A stretch of DNA of 64,000 nt from Candidatus Woesearchaeota archaeon (GTDB lineage Archaea > Nanobdellota > Nanobdellia > Pacearchaeales > GW2011-AR1): positions 35,292 through 99,291 of the forward strand of contig CAZUKQ010000002.1 of NCBI GenBank assembly GCA_964621025.1. The letters run 5' to 3'. Position numbers and translations under genes: made by a program. The notes under the pieces were generated by a model, which was given only the letters and a program-made list of their open reading frames with translations, did no database searches and had not been told where the DNA came from. Position 1 is the first letter of the stretch. Every line of letters begins with the position of its first letter. Shown one piece after another: positions 8,831 to 17,276 of the stretch.

Positions 8831-9433
8831 ATGGTCGAAACAAAATTAAAAAAGATTGAAGAGTTCTTGTTTAAGATTGCTCTTGAAATTGCTAAGGATG
8901 GCGAAGGCGCTCTTTTTGTAATTGGAGATGATATAAAATATTCAAAGTTGATGAATCAAAGATTTGATGATTTTTCCGTGTTTTCAAAAGGAGCAAACAA
9001 AATTATTAAGAGTCTGGCGGTGATTGATGGTGCTGTGATTATCAGTAAAGAAGGAAATGTTGTGGATTATGGTGCGATGATTAAAGGTGCTAAACCTTTT
9101 GTAGGCTATGGAACAAGACATGCTGCGGCGATAACTGCGTCTAAGAATAACAACATTGCAATTTTATGTTCAGAAGAGGAAAGAAAAGTAAAAGTTTTCA
9201 AGAATGGGAAGTATGTTATGCAATTGGACTCGCTAGAAAAAAATATTCATCAAGATGTTTCACAGGCTGCCGGAATTTTGGAAAGTGTTGGCGTTGGAAC
9301 ATTGAGTACTATCGGTGTTGCAACTCTTGCTCCAACTTTAGGTTTCGCTTTAATTCCTGGAATTTTAGTTTTTGGTGGAAGTTATTATACTATTAAGAAA
9401 CTTTCAAAAATACATTTTAAGAAAAAGAAATAA
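8831..9433 (+). CDS. diadenylate cyclase (DisA_N/DAC) domain protein with C-terminal hydrophobic segment
   Basis: GALFVIG, IDGAVII, GTRHAAA, SEE motifs. Confidence 0.85.
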   Translation: MVETKLKKIEEFLFKIALEIAKDGEGALFVIGDDIKYSKLMNQRFDDFSVFSKGANKIIKSLAVIDGAVIISKEGNVVDYGAMIKGAKPFVGYGTRHAAAITASKNNNIAILCSEEERKVKVFKNGKYVMQLDSLEKNIHQDVSQAAGILESVGVGTLSTIGVATLAPTLGFALIPGILVFGGSYYTIKKLSKIHFKKKK

Positions 9434-9463
9434 GTTTATTAATTATCAATTTTAGAAGTTATT

Positions 9464-9940
9464 ATGAAGAAATTATTTTTGGTAATAACAATTTTGTTTT
9501 TTTCTCTTGCGGTTATGGCTAGTTTTGCTATTGGTTATATCCTTTCTATTAAAGGGCCGATTGAAAATGAAGACATAAACATTCCAGTTATTCAAATTAA
9601 TTATTCAAATATTGAGACTCAACTTTCACAGACTTATTTAGTTCAAGCTATTCCTTCAGAAGAAACTGCGTCTCTGAAATTTTATAATTTTGATTCCGGA
9701 GAAAGAACCATAGAAAAATCTTTTTTGATTAAACAAGGTTCTTTAATTGAAAGTGACGAAGCTGCAGAAGTTGTTTTATTTTTACATTCAAAATATATCT
9801 CAGAGTTGACTAATAAGAATTTTTGTGAAACTTTGAAGAAAGCTAATCAAAATGGAGATTTATTAATTGAAACAAATCTATCAGAAATTTATTTAGCTTG
9901 GAAATTTAAATCAATGTATGAGTTTAAAGACTGTTTCTAG
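9464..9940 (+). CDS. hypothetical membrane-anchored protein
   Basis: N-terminal TM/signal, 158 aa. Confidence 0.7.
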   Translation: MKKLFLVITILFFSLAVMASFAIGYILSIKGPIENEDINIPVIQINYSNIETQLSQTYLVQAIPSEETASLKFYNFDSGERTIEKSFLIKQGSLIESDEAAEVVLFLHSKYISELTNKNFCETLKKANQNGDLLIETNLSEIYLAWKFKSMYEFKDCF

Positions 9941-10881
9941 TTATTCTTTAAAAAATCATAAGCTGACTTCGCGGCAACTGCACCTTCGCCTGCTGCTACA
10001 ATCATTTGCTTGAATTTGTTGTTTGTGTTGTCTCCGGCTGCGAAAACGCCGTCGACGTTTGTTTTCATTTGTTTATCAGTTTTAATATACATCTGGTCCA
10101 TTTCAAGAGCTAGAGCTTTTGTAAGTTCTGTCATAGGTGTTGAGCCGATTTCAATGAAGATTCCATTTATGTCAATTGTTTTCTCTACTTCTTTTTCACC
10201 AACTGTTTGAGTGTACTTTAGAGATTTTACAAATTTGTCTCCGATTATTTCTGTTGGAATTGATTGATAGATTATTTCTACGTTTTCTTTTTCACATAAT
10301 TTTTTCAGAGAGATTGGTTCGCATCGCATTTCGTGTTTTCTGTAGAGAATGTAAACTTTTTTTGTGATTTCAGATAAATACAAAGCAGCTTTAGCTGCAG
10401 AGTCTGCTCCACCAACTACAGCAACAGTTTTATTTTTGAAGAACATTCCGTCGCAAGTTGCACAGTATGAAACTCCTTTCCCTAAAAATTCTTTTTCTCC
10501 GGGAACATTTAGTTTTCTGTTTTCAGTTCCCAGGGCAAGAATAATTGTTTTTGCAGAGATTTCTTTTTCTTCAATTAGAATTTTAAATCCTTCTTTTGTT
10601 TTTTCTACGCTTTTCATATCGGCTTCTATGAAGTTTGTTCCAAAACTTTCTGCTTGTTCTTTCATTTTAGCCATTAATTCTGCTCCAGAACCTAGAAATC
10701 CTGGCCAGTTTTCTATATGCCCTGCAAGATTTGCAGTTCCTCCGAAGGATTTAGCAACTATAAGTACGCTTAAATGATATCTAGAGGCGTAGATTGCTGC
10801 AGTTAGGCCTGCCGGACCGCCACCTAAGATAACTAAGTCGTAACTTTCAGTTTTAGAAGTTTTAGTTTCACCTTTTGCCAT
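9937..10881 (-). CDS. trxB: thioredoxin reductase
   Basis: GGGPAG, GVSYCATCDG, VGGADSA, GVFAAGD. Confidence 0.93.
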   Translation of the reverse strand: MAKGETKTSKTESYDLVILGGGPAGLTAAIYASRYHLSVLIVAKSFGGTANLAGHIENWPGFLGSGAELMAKMKEQAESFGTNFIEADMKSVEKTKEGFKILIEEKEISAKTIILALGTENRKLNVPGEKEFLGKGVSYCATCDGMFFKNKTVAVVGGADSAAKAALYLSEITKKVYILYRKHEMRCEPISLKKLCEKENVEIIYQSIPTEIIGDKFVKSLKYTQTVGEKEVEKTIDINGIFIEIGSTPMTELTKALALEMDQMYIKTDKQMKTNVDGVFAAGDNTNNKFKQMIVAAGEGAVAAKSAYDFLKNN

Positions 10882-10968
10882 ATTCTTAATTATCGTTTTG
10901 GCTTTTTATAGTTTTGTTAACGGCGATAACAGGCGAAGATTTATATATATTTGAAAGTAGATATAGTT

Positions 10969-12102
10969 ATGACACCAGAAGAGAAATTTGAGTTGATAAA
11001 AAGAAATACTGAAGAGATAATTGGCGAAGATGAGTTAAAGGAATTGTTGAAAAATAAAGAAAAACTTAAGCATTACATTGGTTTTGAAATTTCCGGTAAG
11101 CCCCATCTAGGTCATGGTTTAGTTTGTATGTCAAAGGTTAAAGATTTGCATGATGCAGGTGTTGAGACTTCAATATTCTTAGCAGATTATCATTCATGGA
11201 TTAATAACAAATTAGGAGGAGATATGAAAGTTATTCAAGAAGTCGGAGTTCCTTTTTTCAAAGAAGCTATGATTGCTGCATACAAGTGTGTTGGAGGAGA
11301 TGTTAAAGATTTAAAATTTGTCTTGGGTAGTGAGTTATATCATAATAATGATAAGTTCTGGCGGACGGTAATAGACGTTTCTAAAAATACGACTTTAGCA
11401 AGAATGCAGAGAAGTATAACTATCGCTGGAAGAAAAGAAGGCGAAAGCGTTAATTTTGCAATTATGCTTTACCCAGCAATGCAAGTTGCAGATATATTTG
11501 AACAGGGAATAAATATTACTCATGCAGGAAATGACCAGAGAAAGGCACAAGTGATTGCAAGAGAAGTTGCTCTTAGTATGAAGTATTCTCCTTTATTAAA
11601 CAAGAAAAAAGAAAAAATAAAACCTGTCGCGGTTCATGGACATTTAATTTTAGGTTTACAAAAACCTTCCGTTTGGCCAGTTCCTAAAGAGAGTATGCAA
11701 GATTTATGGGCACAGATGAAAATGTCCAAATCTCTACCAAATTCTGCGATTTATATGACTGATAGCGAAGACGAAGTTAAGAAAAAAATTTCTAATGCTT
11801 TCTGTCCAGAAGGTGAAAAAGATTTCAATCCACTTTTAGACTGGGCGAAATATTTAGTATTTACTAACGATAAAGTGAAATTAGAAGTTAAGAGACCTGA
11901 GAAGTTTGGTGGAAATTTAACTTTCAATTCTTATGAAGAATTAGAAACCGCCTTTGTTGGAAAAAAATTGCATCCAATGGATTTGAAATCCGCGATGGCA
12001 GAAAAGATAAATGAAATTTTGAAACCTGCTAGAGAACATTTTGCACAAGCTCGTGTAAAAAAACTTAAAGAAGAAATGGATAAGTTACTGATAACAAGAT
12101 AA
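10969..12102 (+). CDS. tyrS: tyrosine--tRNA ligase (archaeal)
   Basis: YIGFEISG.PHLGH, YPAMQVAD, DQRK, KMSKS, LHPMDLK; start 29 nt after TATA at 10940. Confidence 0.95.
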   Translation: MTPEEKFELIKRNTEEIIGEDELKELLKNKEKLKHYIGFEISGKPHLGHGLVCMSKVKDLHDAGVETSIFLADYHSWINNKLGGDMKVIQEVGVPFFKEAMIAAYKCVGGDVKDLKFVLGSELYHNNDKFWRTVIDVSKNTTLARMQRSITIAGRKEGESVNFAIMLYPAMQVADIFEQGINITHAGNDQRKAQVIAREVALSMKYSPLLNKKKEKIKPVAVHGHLILGLQKPSVWPVPKESMQDLWAQMKMSKSLPNSAIYMTDSEDEVKKKISNAFCPEGEKDFNPLLDWAKYLVFTNDKVKLEVKRPEKFGGNLTFNSYEELETAFVGKKLHPMDLKSAMAEKINEILKPAREHFAQARVKKLKEEMDKLLITR

Positions 12103-12139
12103 TACAAAAATATATAAACTTCTTACTACTTAGTTATTC

Positions 12140-12226
12140 ATGGTTGCACAAAGAGGAATCAGACATTCGTGGAATATTATGACTACCTTAGTGTGCGGTC
12201 CATCTAAGTTCTATTTTAGTTGCTAA
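12140..12226 (+). CDS. 28-aa leaderless upstream ORF (MVAQRGIRHSWNIMTTLVCGPSKFYFSC)
   Basis: ATG exactly 29 nt after TATATAAA at 12111. Confidence 0.4.
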   Translation: MVAQRGIRHSWNIMTTLVCGPSKFYFSC

Positions 12227-12249
12227 ACAACGACGATATTATTCAAAAA

Positions 12250-12648
12250 ATGAAAAAGGAATATAACGCCGTTGTCTCGGCAGAGGTTTTTAAAGCGAAT
12301 GATTGTTTAGGTTGCGGTCAGCCAATTACTCATCCAATTTGTCCTAGCTGTTTAGCTCGAGCATTGCAAGTTTGGTCAAGAGAACACAGACACATTGAGA
12401 AAGAAGTTTCTAAAAAGTTGAAAAGATTTTTGCAGTCACACGAACACTTAGATGAAGATGGTGCGAACTGTGCAGTCTGTGGAAAGAAGGCGAGTGTTTG
12501 CCCTTACTGTTTTACAGAATTCTTGTATAACTTAGTGAAAGAAGCAGGAGCAGGAGTAAAAACTCTTTCAGAGTTTTTGTTTATGTTCAATTTCGATTTC
12601 GAACAAGATGGTTATTCGCAAGAGTTGAATGCGATGGGAGGATACTAG
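12250..12648 (+). CDS. Cys-rich double zinc-finger hypothetical protein (paralog of 37518..37868)
   Basis: CLGC..PITHPICPSC...CAVC...VCPYCF...FNFDF. Confidence 0.75.
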   Translation: MKKEYNAVVSAEVFKANDCLGCGQPITHPICPSCLARALQVWSREHRHIEKEVSKKLKRFLQSHEHLDEDGANCAVCGKKASVCPYCFTEFLYNLVKEAGAGVKTLSEFLFMFNFDFEQDGYSQELNAMGGY

Positions 12649-12706
12649 TTTTTCTTCTTATTTGAAAAATTAATAAATTTATATACTGAAAAGAATAAGA
12701 AATTAC

Positions 12707-13192
12707 ATGAATATCCAACTATTCTTGCTAGGAATTATTTTAACAGTTGTTCCTTTGATTGAATTAAGGGGCGGCCTTCCATTAGTTATACTAGCGATTC
12801 AGGATTCAAGTCCTTTTTGGTTAATCGTAGCTTTTTTTTTGGTCACATTAATTAACATCCTTTTAATTTTCTTAATATTCTTATTCTTAGAAACATTACA
12901 TCATAAACTCTTAAAATGGCAGTTCTATAACAGAACCTTTGAAAAGTATTTATTAAGAGTACAAAAGAAATCTCACAAGCTTACAGAGAAAGAAGGTATT
13001 TGGGTTTTCTTCTCTTTATTTTTATTTGTTGCAATTCCCTTTCCGTTGACCGGGGCCTATACAGGAACAGTTATAGCGTGGTTCTTAGACTTAGATAGAA
13101 AGAAAAGTATCCTTGCTATTGCTCTAGGAGTTTTGGTTGCGGGAATAATAGTGTTCTTAGCAACTAATGGTGTGATTAGTTTATTTAATTAG
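12707..13192 (+). CDS. small multidrug export-like membrane protein (COG2426 type)
   Basis: PLIELRGGLP, FVAIPFPLTGAYTG. Confidence 0.85.
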   Translation: MNIQLFLLGIILTVVPLIELRGGLPLVILAIQDSSPFWLIVAFFLVTLINILLIFLIFLFLETLHHKLLKWQFYNRTFEKYLLRVQKKSHKLTEKEGIWVFFSLFLFVAIPFPLTGAYTGTVIAWFLDLDRKKSILAIALGVLVAGIIVFLATNGVISLFN

Positions 13193-13206
13193 TTTTTCTA
13201 CAGAGA

Positions 13207-13653
13207 TTATAAAAACAATAATTTTTTGCATTCATCTCTCATAAAATTTTGATAAAGTTCTAATTTAGGTGTTCCACTTTCTATTACTTTAGAACATCTT
13301 ATCTTAACTCTCTGAGGACATTTTTCTGTTTCGTCTTCCATACTTGCACCGTAGATAATTCCTTTCATTCTTGCCCAAATCGCTGCAGAAGTACACATGG
13401 GGCAAGGTTCAAAAGTAGAATAAAGATAGCAGTTTTCTAAAACTTTTGAGTTTAATTTTTTTGCTGCAAGTTTTATTGCGTTTATTTCTGCATGACATGT
13501 AGGGTCTTGGTCTCTGTTAATTGTTGTGAAAGCTTCAGAAATAATTTCATCATCTTTTACAATTATTGCCGCTACTGCGTGGCCGCCTTCTTTATGTTTT
13601 TCTTTTGCAAGGTCTATAATCCTTTGCATAATTTTTTTATTAGGGTGTTTCAT
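13207..13653 (-). CDS. nucleoside/nucleobase deaminase (TadA/GuaD-like)
   Basis: DPTCHAEINAI, EPCPMC. Confidence 0.9.
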   Translation of the reverse strand: MKHPNKKIMQRIIDLAKEKHKEGGHAVAAIIVKDDEIISEAFTTINRDQDPTCHAEINAIKLAAKKLNSKVLENCYLYSTFEPCPMCTSAAIWARMKGIIYGASMEDETEKCPQRVKIRCSKVIESGTPKLELYQNFMRDECKKLLFL

Positions 13654-13730
13654 ATTAGAACTTACTGAGACTTATTTATATAGTTTGTTAAAGGAGTAAA
13701 CCTTATAATCTTCTTTTTTCTTTTTATCAT

Positions 13731-14234
13731 ATGGTTGAGAAGGTTGTTTGGGAATTTACAAATCAGCGAAAGCTGAACAAGAAAGAATTTCTTAATTATG
13801 TTGAGAGAAAAGTTTTTAGAACGATAAGAAAATATTCCATGTTGCCAGAGAGTAGAAAGATTGTTTTGAAGAAGTCTGATGATTCGAACACAGTTTTTTT
13901 GAAACATATTCTTGAGCAAAAGTTTCCAGTTTCATTCTCGGCAAAATCTCAGTTCTCCAGTAATAATTTGTCAGATATTTCAGAGGAGATTTTCAATAAT
14001 CTTTTGAATGGAAAATTCGAAGGTCCTCAGAACACTAAAAAGGAATTTTTCCCTTTGTATGATATTTCAGATAAAGAGATTGAGGTTTATGCTTCTCTAG
14101 TTGGTTTGAAGGGGAAAAAAGTTAAGAGAGACGAAAGAATTCAAGAGCTGTTCGAGAGATTTATGAAGAAGAATCCTGATTTAGAACATAACATTGTCAA
14201 CGCGATGGAACAGATTAATGAGGTAAATAAATGA
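13731..14234 (+). CDS. degenerate TtuA/Ncs6-like protein
   Basis: ERKVFRTIRKYSM, NNLSD, FPLYDISDKEIEVYA, NPDL pattern; no SGGKDS and no Cys. Confidence 0.6.
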   Translation: MVEKVVWEFTNQRKLNKKEFLNYVERKVFRTIRKYSMLPESRKIVLKKSDDSNTVFLKHILEQKFPVSFSAKSQFSSNNLSDISEEIFNNLLNGKFEGPQNTKKEFFPLYDISDKEIEVYASLVGLKGKKVKRDERIQELFERFMKKNPDLEHNIVNAMEQINEVNK

Positions 14235-14602
14235 AGAAATATCGAATTTTAATGAATGATGTGCAGTTTGATGAAACTAAAAAATACTTTGATTTTTATC
14301 TTTTGAAAGGCCAGCCACAATTAGTTGAAATCGAATTAGAAGGAACGCTTGAAAAATTGACGAAAGGAGAATTGGCTGTAGATTCTGATTTTAAAGATTA
14401 TTTAATGTATTTATCTAGATGGACTGTAGAAGCGCCAAGAAAAAAGGGTTTACGTAAGATGCGATTAGAAGGAATCCAGGTATTAACCAGCGAGGTTTTA
14501 TTCGATGAAGAAGAGACTGGAGAGGAAATTATTAATAATCTAGAAAACACTGGAAAATTTGCAGAATATTTTTTGGAAGAAGTTTATGGGACTAAGAACT
14601 AG
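14231..14602 (+). CDS. hypothetical protein
   Basis: ATGA overlap with upstream gene; GAGGT SD. Confidence 0.65.
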   Translation: MKKYRILMNDVQFDETKKYFDFYLLKGQPQLVEIELEGTLEKLTKGELAVDSDFKDYLMYLSRWTVEAPRKKGLRKMRLEGIQVLTSEVLFDEEETGEEIINNLENTGKFAEYFLEEVYGTKN

Positions 14603-15246
14603 TTAACCTTATTCAACTTCTCAACAATTCGTTTTAGGTCTTTGAAATCTTTTATGATAAAGTCTGGTTTTTCTTTCATAATTGTTGCTTTTGTGGACCA
14701 AGCACATTGATTATGAATTGCAACTGCATAACAGCCGGCTTCTCGAGCGTAATCAACGTCGGAAAATCTGTCACCTATATACATTGCTTCTACTGGACGA
14801 ATTTTCATCTTTTTGAATAACTCCTCTAACAATTTATCTTTTGTGGTGAATTTTTCAGCGCCGTAAATTTTGTTAAACAATTTTTTTATTCCAAGAGCCT
14901 TGACAGAGGCTTTTATAAATGATGAATGAGAGTTTGATATTATCATTAACTTAATTCTTTCTTTTTTTAATTCTTTTAAAGGTTCAACAGAAACACATAG
15001 ACTTAGTTTTTCTTGCTTTGCGCCTTTGATTACTCTTCTGTAGAAAACTTTGTTTATTTTCTTTGAATCGGCATGAATATTTAGGCCTTTCAAAATATCT
15101 TTTGTTTTAACTCCCATTAGCTGTTTGAATTTTTTATCTTCAAATTTATAGCCAAGTTCTTTCAGAACAGAGTACATTGTTTCAAAAGTTAGTTTTCTAG
15201 CGTCAGAGATAGTTCCATCAAAATCAAACAGAAGAGTTTTAATCAT
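14599..15246 (-). CDS. HAD-superfamily phosphatase
   Basis: FDFDGT, ISN, YIGDRFSD. Confidence 0.9.
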   Translation of the reverse strand: MIKTLLFDFDGTISDARKLTFETMYSVLKELGYKFEDKKFKQLMGVKTKDILKGLNIHADSKKINKVFYRRVIKGAKQEKLSLCVSVEPLKELKKERIKLMIISNSHSSFIKASVKALGIKKLFNKIYGAEKFTTKDKLLEELFKKMKIRPVEAMYIGDRFSDVDYAREAGCYAVAIHNQCAWSTKATIMKEKPDFIIKDFKDLKRIVEKLNKVN

Positions 15247-15247
15247 T

Positions 15248-17230
15248 TTAGTCGTGACCCATTCTGTTTAGTAGGTCTTGTAGTTTGTCTTTGTTAGCTT
15301 CTTTATCTGTTACGTGTGTTACGGAGAATACTCCTGTCTTTCCAACAGCAGGCATTTTTTCCCCTCTTAAATCTCTTAGCATTTTGTTTCTTATGCTATC
15401 TGAAACTAATAGTTTAGCGTCTGCTGAATCTGCGATTTTCTTAGCTAAGATAACTGTGCTACCTAAACTAGTATACTGTAACTTTCCTGTTTTTGTTGAT
15501 ATTACTAATTCACCGCTGTTGATACCAATACTGTAGTCTAATTTTTGCTTGAATCTTTTATTATATTCATTAAGAGCAGTCATCAAGCCAAAACCCGTCT
15601 TTGTTGCAGCCATTTCATTATTATAGCTCTTTGTTACACTAGGTGTGAAAATAATCATTAAATAATCTTCTTTCTTTTCAATCATGCCTTTCTTGTCTTT
15701 AGCTAATTCTAAAATTTTTACTAGTTCCTCTTTAGCATGTATTCCTAGTGTTGACATATCTTTTATTTTTAATGCTAGAACTGAAGCAAGTTCTTTCTTT
15801 CCGTCCATGACTAATGAAGATTCCGCGTTGCCTTTTTTGTGGATTTCTTGTTTTGGCTCTACAAATTGTTCTGGTTTAACTTTTTCTTTTCTTGTTGGCA
15901 TCTTAAAAAATTTTCTGAAGGAAAATTTTTCTTTAATTCGGTGAGAGTTATTTGTTTTTTTGTATAAAACAAATGCAGTGCTTCCAAGTAACAATATTAA
16001 GAAAACCCAGATTAGAGGATATTTATTTAGTAAACCTATTGAGGAGGAATCTCTAACAGAGATTGCATCACCAGTTAACAGAAGGTTTTTCTGAACAGAA
16101 TCTGCACCGCTTTGAACATCCACATCATAATTTCCGTTTGGAGCATTTAAATTAAACTTTCTTACCTCGCCAACTGCAATACTCAAGTTGAATCTTTCTG
16201 TTTTATCTCCGATTTTAACTGCAATTGACTGATTGTATTTTGTGTTTCCAATGTTTGTTATTGTTAGTAGAGAACCAGAAAGATCTAAAGAAACCTTTTG
16301 TATTTCTTTAACTGCAAATTCTTTTGCCGTGATAATTTCTCCAAATGAAGCAGTAATTTGATATATTCCGGGTGTAGAATTTGTAAGGAAGTTTATGGAT
16401 GCTGTTTCTCCAGATTTAACTGACATCTTGGTTTCTTCTTCTGTTGGTGAAAGGATTGCTACATCAATTGTTCCGTCCATTTTCTTTCCAGCCTGGTCTA
16501 ATAGTTCTAAGGAGAATTTGTAATCTTGACTTGGTGTAGCCTCTAGTTCTGATAAACTTAATTCAACAAAAGTAGGAATCTGATTAACAGCTAATTTTAA
16601 AGTTTTATTATCGCTGTTTAGTATTTTTCCGTTAATTTTATCATAAACAAGAACGTTTAATTCGTAAACGCCAGCTTCTTGTTTTTCACTTACTGTAAAT
16701 TTTTCTATTACTTCTCCAGCAACGATTGCTTTTGTGATTGATGCAATCCCCCTCGTTTCTAAAAATCCTTCTAAAGGTTTTCCATTTTCTTTTATTGCAC
16801 TTATTGTTAAAGTTACAATCTCATTAGGGTTATATCTGTCTTTGTCTAACTTTGCGTCCAAATTAACTTTGTTTGATACTCTGAAAGTTTGTGTAGAAGT
16901 TTCTTCGCTGTTTATTGCAGTTTTTATCTTACAGTCTCCTGTAATGTTTCCAATATAATCTTCTGTTAAGGGTAATTTTAAAGTTCTAATTTGTTCTTCT
17001 GTTGGATAGAAACTTTTACCCATTATTTTTTCTATTGTGATTGTTTGGCTTCCGCAAATTAAATCAACAGTGAACCATCCATCGTTAGAGTTTGGTGCTA
17101 AGGTAATAGTTAGTGGAACACTATCTCCTAAATTGTAGACTGAAAGAGGTTCACTTATTGAAATTTTTGCAGAAACAAGACAGACTAGGAAGAAAAATGC
17201 TAGAACGTTCATCACCAACTTTTTTACCAT
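15248..17230 (-). CDS. single-pass membrane protein: beta-rich ectodomain plus degenerate class III nucleotide cyclase domain
   Basis: Signal peptide, TM near aa 405-425, C-term SIGINSGE...YTSLGSTVILAKKI...LLVSD. Confidence 0.75.
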   Translation of the reverse strand: MVKKLVMNVLAFFFLVCLVSAKISISEPLSVYNLGDSVPLTITLAPNSNDGWFTVDLICGSQTITIEKIMGKSFYPTEEQIRTLKLPLTEDYIGNITGDCKIKTAINSEETSTQTFRVSNKVNLDAKLDKDRYNPNEIVTLTISAIKENGKPLEGFLETRGIASITKAIVAGEVIEKFTVSEKQEAGVYELNVLVYDKINGKILNSDNKTLKLAVNQIPTFVELSLSELEATPSQDYKFSLELLDQAGKKMDGTIDVAILSPTEEETKMSVKSGETASINFLTNSTPGIYQITASFGEIITAKEFAVKEIQKVSLDLSGSLLTITNIGNTKYNQSIAVKIGDKTERFNLSIAVGEVRKFNLNAPNGNYDVDVQSGADSVQKNLLLTGDAISVRDSSSIGLLNKYPLIWVFLILLLGSTAFVLYKKTNNSHRIKEKFSFRKFFKMPTRKEKVKPEQFVEPKQEIHKKGNAESSLVMDGKKELASVLALKIKDMSTLGIHAKEELVKILELAKDKKGMIEKKEDYLMIIFTPSVTKSYNNEMAATKTGFGLMTALNEYNKRFKQKLDYSIGINSGELVISTKTGKLQYTSLGSTVILAKKIADSADAKLLVSDSIRNKMLRDLRGEKMPAVGKTGVFSVTHVTDKEANKDKLQDLLNRMGHD

Positions 17231-17276
17231 AGTTCTTTTATAGAAGCTAACTATTTAAAGATTTTTATAATAGAAT

